Shown one piece after another: positions 57,734 through 64,000 of a stretch of DNA of 64,000 nucleotides. The stretch comes from Chrysomallon squamiferum (Eukaryota > Animalia > Mollusca). The stretch lies in contig CM022671.1 in the NCBI GenBank assembly GCA_012295275.1, forward strand, positions 2,418,001 through 2,482,000, read 5' to 3'. Numbering within the stretch: the first letter of the stretch is position 1; each line of letters starts with the position of its first letter. Made by a program: the position numbers and the translations under genes. The notes under the pieces were generated by a model that had not been told where the DNA came from, made no database searches, and saw only the letters and a list, made by a program, of their open reading frames with translations.

Positions 57734-59207
57734 TGTTAAACGTAATGACAGCAACTGGTAACAAAGGATAAAGTTCGTCCAATGTTGATTAATCACTCTG
57801 TAAGATATAACGGGTAAGATAATGAAAACCATACACCAGGAAGTTTTAAAGATTGAGGAGGGTTTCGTAGTTGCACAGAAACACCCTCAAGCCAATAAAT
57901 AAATAAATAAATAAATATAATGTATGTCTACATTTGTGTACCCTCCCATGCTCCGAATGATATTCGAGCTGAACTGGATGTCAGCTTCACAGTTTGATCT
58001 GTTGACGCAGTGGATATGGCGGCAAGCCTCGGCGAAGAGATAGCAATGGAAAGCAGTATAAATAGATACATATTATAAAATTTATAATTTTAAATTAAAG
58101 ATATTGTTTCGAAAACATCCACTTACCCTTATGATATGAATGTTTTCAAAGATCACATTACTTTACATGATATTAAATGTTTCTGTAGAGGATGTGTGCA
58201 GACGTAACTGGATCTTTAACAATGTCTGACAGTCCTGGGGTAGGAGACAAGCAAAACCAAGAGTATGTGTGCAGTCAGATAAAATAACACTGATAATAAT
58301 CCAGTTAAGTCTAGGTAGCTCAGATTACTGCTCATAGTACAAACATTAAACAGATTAATATATGAAGAGACGCAAAGTATAAAATGAAACTGGCAAAAAA
58401 ATAATAAAAAATTAAAATAAATAAACAAATAAATAAATAATAAAAAGAATAGCTACCATTGTTTTATCTGGTAGAACCTTAATGAAGTTATTGTATTTTG
58501 ACAGTTAATGAACTAGCTAATGATATTAAACATTCTGACCGAATAGTAACGACTCTATGTCTCTCTTTAATTTCACGAGTTTCATTTTGTGTGTTTGTCC
58601 ATTATCCATGGGCGTTTACCATAATATCGATGGGCACGCACTTTATAAAAACGGCACTGACCGTTTTTGTTACCACAACAGTCTGTTACTGCGTATTTTG
58701 TTTAATACATTACTGACATTTTTATTTTAATATATTTTAATGCTATACTACTACCATTGTTTTAATACATTATACCAGATAGATAATATTCTAGATGTCT
58801 GAACTAAATAACTACAGTCAAAATGAATGTGTGATATTATGGGACTCATCTTGGAAATACGTCGAAGTGTAAATAAATGACAGGCAATATAAAACAAAGG
58901 GGAGGGGGAAAAGAGAGGAAAGAAAAGAAGAACAAATACATTAAAGTGTACTAGTGTACACATAGATAGATACATACATACACTTGAAAATACCGCTATA
59001 ATTGTGAAAATCCACTGCTTATATAAATATGCATACTTTAAATGTTTTAAAACTATTTTTCAGTACTGAAAACTAAATATTTTTTTTATTTAATTAATTT
59101 TTCGAAATAAGCTAAAATCAAAAAAATAATGATCTTAAACTTTGCTAAAATAAACAGGTCTTTCTGCGGTTCTCGTGGATATAGGAGGAAAATCGAGATA
59201 GATTGCA

Positions 59208-62200
59208 ATGGAAACATATACGAACACGTTGTTTGGATTGTCGATCAAGAGGGTATATGACAGTTGGACTGCTTTGCAGGTCATATATACCATAGCTGTT
59301 ACATTAAATCTAAAAAACGTTTAAGTTATTTCATGTTAAGTATTGAACTGTAACACGTCAGCTGTGTAGAATCATCTTGATCATAATGATGCATTGACAT
59401 ACAAGTTATACTATAGACATAGCATATTATATATAATAAACAAGTCCGTTCACCGTCATCATCTCCACAGTTGATAAACAGAATTAACTTTAATTAGAAT
59501 AATACATTATATACTTATTGGCCTTATCACGTGTAATCTAGTCTGGGTTACATGCAAATATTTCTTTGGAGACTGAATTTAATAAAGTTTATTATTTGAT
59601 GTATTTCGAAATATTCGTATTCTTAATTATATATTAATTATTGTATTCTGTCACTCCGTGGGCACAGTCCAGGCAACAAAATCATATATAAAATATTATT
59701 GAGTAATGATAATATTTTAAGTACATTTCCTCTAATTTCGAAAATGTAATGGATGACTGGAAACCAATAATCCACGTTTTAAACTTCTATTTTATTTTGT
59801 ACGAAGCGGGATTAGTGTTTGCACATGACAATAGCACCTTAGTTATTGATCAATTTAAATTTATTTGCTTTAATCTCATACATTAGTTATTAAACTGATA
59901 TATTTATAATCATCAACAACAGAATAAATAATTACATAGAGGAGAGCCAACATCACACGAACTTGACATTCTGTGCACCTCGTTGTTAAACATTTTCTTT
60001 TTCTTGGAATTTAAAATTAATTCTAATACATATGTCAGATTAAATGCAATTGCTGACTTTTTCATGGAATACTTGGTCTTTGATCAACCCTCAAGCCTGT
60101 AAAAGTACAAAATAAATAAAATATATATCTGTTTCTTGGATAGCCCCAGGGATTAATACTGTCCACTTAACTGACCCCTTATCAAAATTAGTTATAATAT
60201 CTGTATATTCTGTAACATATATCTTATACATGTAGATATTATGTAAGTAATACATTATCTATGATTGTGTTAAACAGCTTGCTGTCAGCCATGGTTTTGG
60301 AGGAGCTGAAAGTAGAGCTAAAGCTGACTGGCTGGTGTTTGCCACTGAAACCTGGTTTAATGAGAATGGTAAATGTTCCTGTGTATATATATCTCATATC
60401 TAATTATATACAGAAAAATTTGGTTTATTTATATATACAGACCAAATAGTGTCTCATTTAAGTATTCAGTATTGATTTTATGGCAAGTAATCAGATTTTG
60501 ATAAATAAAATTATCTTCATGATTTCTGTCCATTCATCAACACTATTTTAGTCATGAAGATTTTTTTAATTATATTTAATTGTGTTTTAAGATGTTAAAA
60601 TACCTGTCTAAATTTAATTTACTAAATATGTATATTGCTAATACATCAAGATCCAAGATCAGGTATGAACATAAATATTGTAATTTATTGCATAAGTTTA
60701 GGCTTTGCAAAATGAAAACATCTGTCCAGAGTGAAATAGCAACCCACTATATGCATTCCTACATAGCTGCCAAATGTATCAAAATAATGAGAGCAGAAAA
60801 CCACCTATTACAAAGTTCAGTAATAACTGAGTTAATACAGTAACTTTTTTAATCTCACAATTCATTAAACAATTATTCTTGGTGTTTCAGAGGGTGGGGT
60901 TGTGATTTTGTTCTTGTTTCTTGTTACATGATAAGTCATTCATTGACAACTGATGTTATAGTAACATTTTGATTGTTATTTCAGAAAACATAGAATCATA
61001 TGAACTTGAAGACTTTCTCTCGGAAGTTCTGAACAATGAGTTTGACTTAGTTATTGATGATGCCAGTTTGCCTGAAGTAGGTTTGTGTGTATGTCTGGGT
61101 GTGAGTGTATTAAGAACAGATCAGTTGATGATGTTTGTTCTTTGCTGAGTGTGTAAGCAATGATCATTGGTTTACAATATGGCTGTTTATTGAAGACAAT
61201 ACCTACAGACAAGCTATCTTCTAATGCTAGGTAGCTAAAGCTATCTTTATCCACTTCTTATCATCACTGGCTTCTTTGTGTCAAACCTTGATCAGAAAAA
61301 TCAGGTCTGATTTGGCTCCAGCTGAGTTATATTTTAGTTTGTTAGTAATGCTACACAGTCAATTCTTTCAGTTACAAGAATTTGATTTTATTTGGAAATT
61401 TTCTTCTTATGCATTTATCTAAACAAGTCTTGTGTTACTACAACTTGTAATGTTAATAATATAGACATCATTACATTTGCTTTGTGTGACTCTAAGCTTA
61501 CAATAATCTTTTACTGACTGTAAATATGTTTGCTGTTGGGGTTTTTTCAGGTGGCATCTAAGATCTGTTTATATCATAGACTGTTTCAGGAAGGGAGAGA
61601 ATCTGACCTAAAGCAACAGATAGAAAAACTGCCTAAGCCAGCTATAGATGAGTGTATTAAAGCTGACAACATAGTAAGTTTACACAATTTATTTTACATT
61701 AAAAACATTATCAATCAGCCACAGGTCAGTATTTTATGCTTACATTAAAAACAATAATGCCATATTCAGCCATTAGTCAGTAAGTAAATGATGAGAGTTT
61801 AATGTGATTATCTGTAAACAAACTTGCGAAATAAACCATTCATAACTGTATACATATTAACAGTACAGTATTTTTAAATATATATATATAGATAGACAGA
61901 TTTAAACATTTTTAAAAAGTGGTGACTAAATGAAACAAGTGATCAGTAGGTGGACCTGTCGATGATAAAGACATGTTGTTAATAAGTGAAACCTCTCTGA
62001 ATTGCTGTTTACATCTTTCATATTTTCAATATCAGTTTGAACATTAAGAATCTGATTTGGAAACACTTCTGGCTTCTATCCTTTGATTTCTATCATTGGG
62101 AAAATAAATGTAAAATATCCAGTACATATCTGTAGAAAATAAGATAAGAAAACAAAACAAACATTTAAAACAGTTAAAACAAAGCAAATGGAGAGAGAGA

Positions 62201-63754
62201 GGAGAGAGAGAGAGAGAGAGAGTGTGTGTGTGGGGGTGTGTGGGTGTGTGTGTGTGTGTGGGTGAGAGAGAGGGAAAGGGAGAGTGAGTGAGTGAGTTAA
62301 TGTTGTTTTATTTTATGGAGTCTCAGACTTCTTGGACTATGAATTTAGGCCACAGGACAAATCAACATTTTTACTCCTATATGAAATTAGCAGAAATCAT
62401 AAATTAATAGGTCTTTTTTACAGAAATACTTCAAATATCAGTTTCTTAATATTCAATATCTAAATAGTTATTTCACTTAGACCATGAATTTACAAAATAG
62501 CCAGAAATTATGTTTGGCCAAACGGAACTGCAGTCATTTAAAATATTTTTATTGTAAATATATTTCTGTGTGGCACTTTATTAATATTCATTGTAGTTCC
62601 ATTAGTTATTAAATAAATTATTTCTGCTGTTTTATAATTATTTATTATTAATTCATTAACCTACAAGTGAAAATGGCAGAATAAAAAGAAATATAACAAT
62701 ATATTCTAAATTACACTTTGACATAATATTATTAGCATGGATGCTTGTGATTTAAAGTAAATAAATAGTATACTCCTGGCGTAACCCATTTTGAGATAGT
62801 TCTAAAATTTACAATAAGATCACCTTGTGAAAAGACTAGAAAGTTTTTGATCACATCTGCTCTTGGTCTTTTAAAAAGTATTTTGTTATTTATTTTGTTT
62901 GTAAAAAAATAAATAATATATTTGTGGTTTTTTTTTTAAATAAAATTTCCTGTGTTTTATCATTTCAGTAAATACAGTATTTTATAGTGATCTTTTACAT
63001 CTATGAAAAGCACTACAATATCTTAATAATTGCATATCATAAAGTAGACAGAGTTTAGTGTTCTACATTTAAGCAAATTTCAACTATAATATTACAGGAG
63101 TATTTTATAGAAACATTGCCATATGGACGTCTCGCAAAGGAATCAGTGTTTTTTTTATTCTACAGGAAGATGAAGATTTGCCTCAGGCAAATGGCAGTGA
63201 AGAAAAGATGTCAGTAACAGAAGAAACATCACAATCAGAAAGTGAGTAAAATGTCACAGTGAGAGAAAGAAAGTTTGTTTAATAATCCTAAAATCATCAT
63301 TCATTTTATCAACAATTAAAGTAAATATTTTTGTTTTTGACAAATATTTGAATTTGTATCTCTGACCTAACTCGTGTAAAGATGGTTGTATTCAGGATGG
63401 CCCCAAATTTGCTTTAACTAAGTTTATTTCAAATAAATAGAGTGTATAGAAAATTATAAAAATACAAGAATTTAAAAACCTTGAACTATGAAAGCTGACA
63501 GATATCTGTGTTTGAGCTGAAAAATGTATTTATAAAACAGTATTACAGTAATGTGACTTTTGGGTTACTCTGTGTAACAGACATTAACATAAATATATTT
63601 TATTTATTTATTGTAATTAAGGAAATTAATGTAAAACATTTTATTTGATAAGCTCCAGTGTAAATTTGACAAGTAAAGCTGTATGATTTTTACAGATGGT
63701 TTTGAAATGGAAGACGATGGATGGCAGGTTGTAAAGAGAGGCAAGAAAAGATAA
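59208..63754 (+). CDS. TSR2: pre-rRNA-processing protein TSR2 homolog (~170 aa)
   Basis: Exons 59208-59279, 60278-60368, 60985-61076, 61551-61673, 63166-63241, 63696-63754. WGG-domain motifs WTALQLAVSHGFGG..KADWL, ELEDFLSEVLNNEFDLVIDD.SL, and C-terminal EDDGWQVVKRGKKR*. Confidence 0.94.
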
Positions 63755-64000
63755 TGAATTTTAATGAGTCATTCAGGTTTGATGCAGATCATTCAAAATG
63801 TTTCCAACTTGCAGGCTTACATTGACAAAATTTTACAAGGAGGCCCTGACATTTCAAAACTTTTTTAACAATTCTAGAGTATTAACTATTTATTCTTATT
63901 AAGGTGGACAAACAACAGCTTAAAAAATATATTATTTATTAACAGATATAAGAAAAATTAAAATACCATTCATTTTCTGAAATCATATAGCTAGGATTTT

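Noticed and set aside
57734-57832. 33-aa N-terminal extension of the CaaX ORF
   Set aside because: Looks like intron/UTR sequence with an acceptor-like site; the downstream ATG at 57733 is more plausible, though unproven.
61121-61325. C/D-box snoRNA in TSR2 intron 3 (TGATGA...CTGA)
   Set aside because: Box spacing is atypical, with no terminal stem or recognisable rRNA guide.

Overview
AT-rich, microsatellite-laden eukaryotic (animal, probably molluscan/gastropod) genomic DNA with spliceosomal introns, so the ORF track shows only fragments; I reconstructed gene models by hand from splice sites and reading frame. Conserved genes: EIF2B1 (-, 9 exons) head-to-head with GTF2H3 (+, 12 exons, one U12-type and one GC-AG intron), VKORC1-like (-, 3 exons) and TSR2 (+, 6 exons). 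Lineage-specific genes: three MEGF/SCARF-like EGF-repeat type I membrane proteins, three small secreted Cys-containing proteins (a 92-aa 6-Cys orphan, a 192-aa orphan, a 2-Kazal protein) and an intronless-CDS CaaX-box orphan. Most notable structure: a divergent pair of EGF receptors (one with a short Tyr-free tail, one with a long Tyr-motif tail) enclosed by ~2.3-2.6 kb inverted repeats. Also a fold-back satellite array, a decayed MULE inside the U12 intron, pogo/Tigger MITEs, and a copy of an EIF2B1 exon/intron junction that lies antisense within a GTF2H3 intron. Taxon and family names rest on motif recognition, not on database searches.
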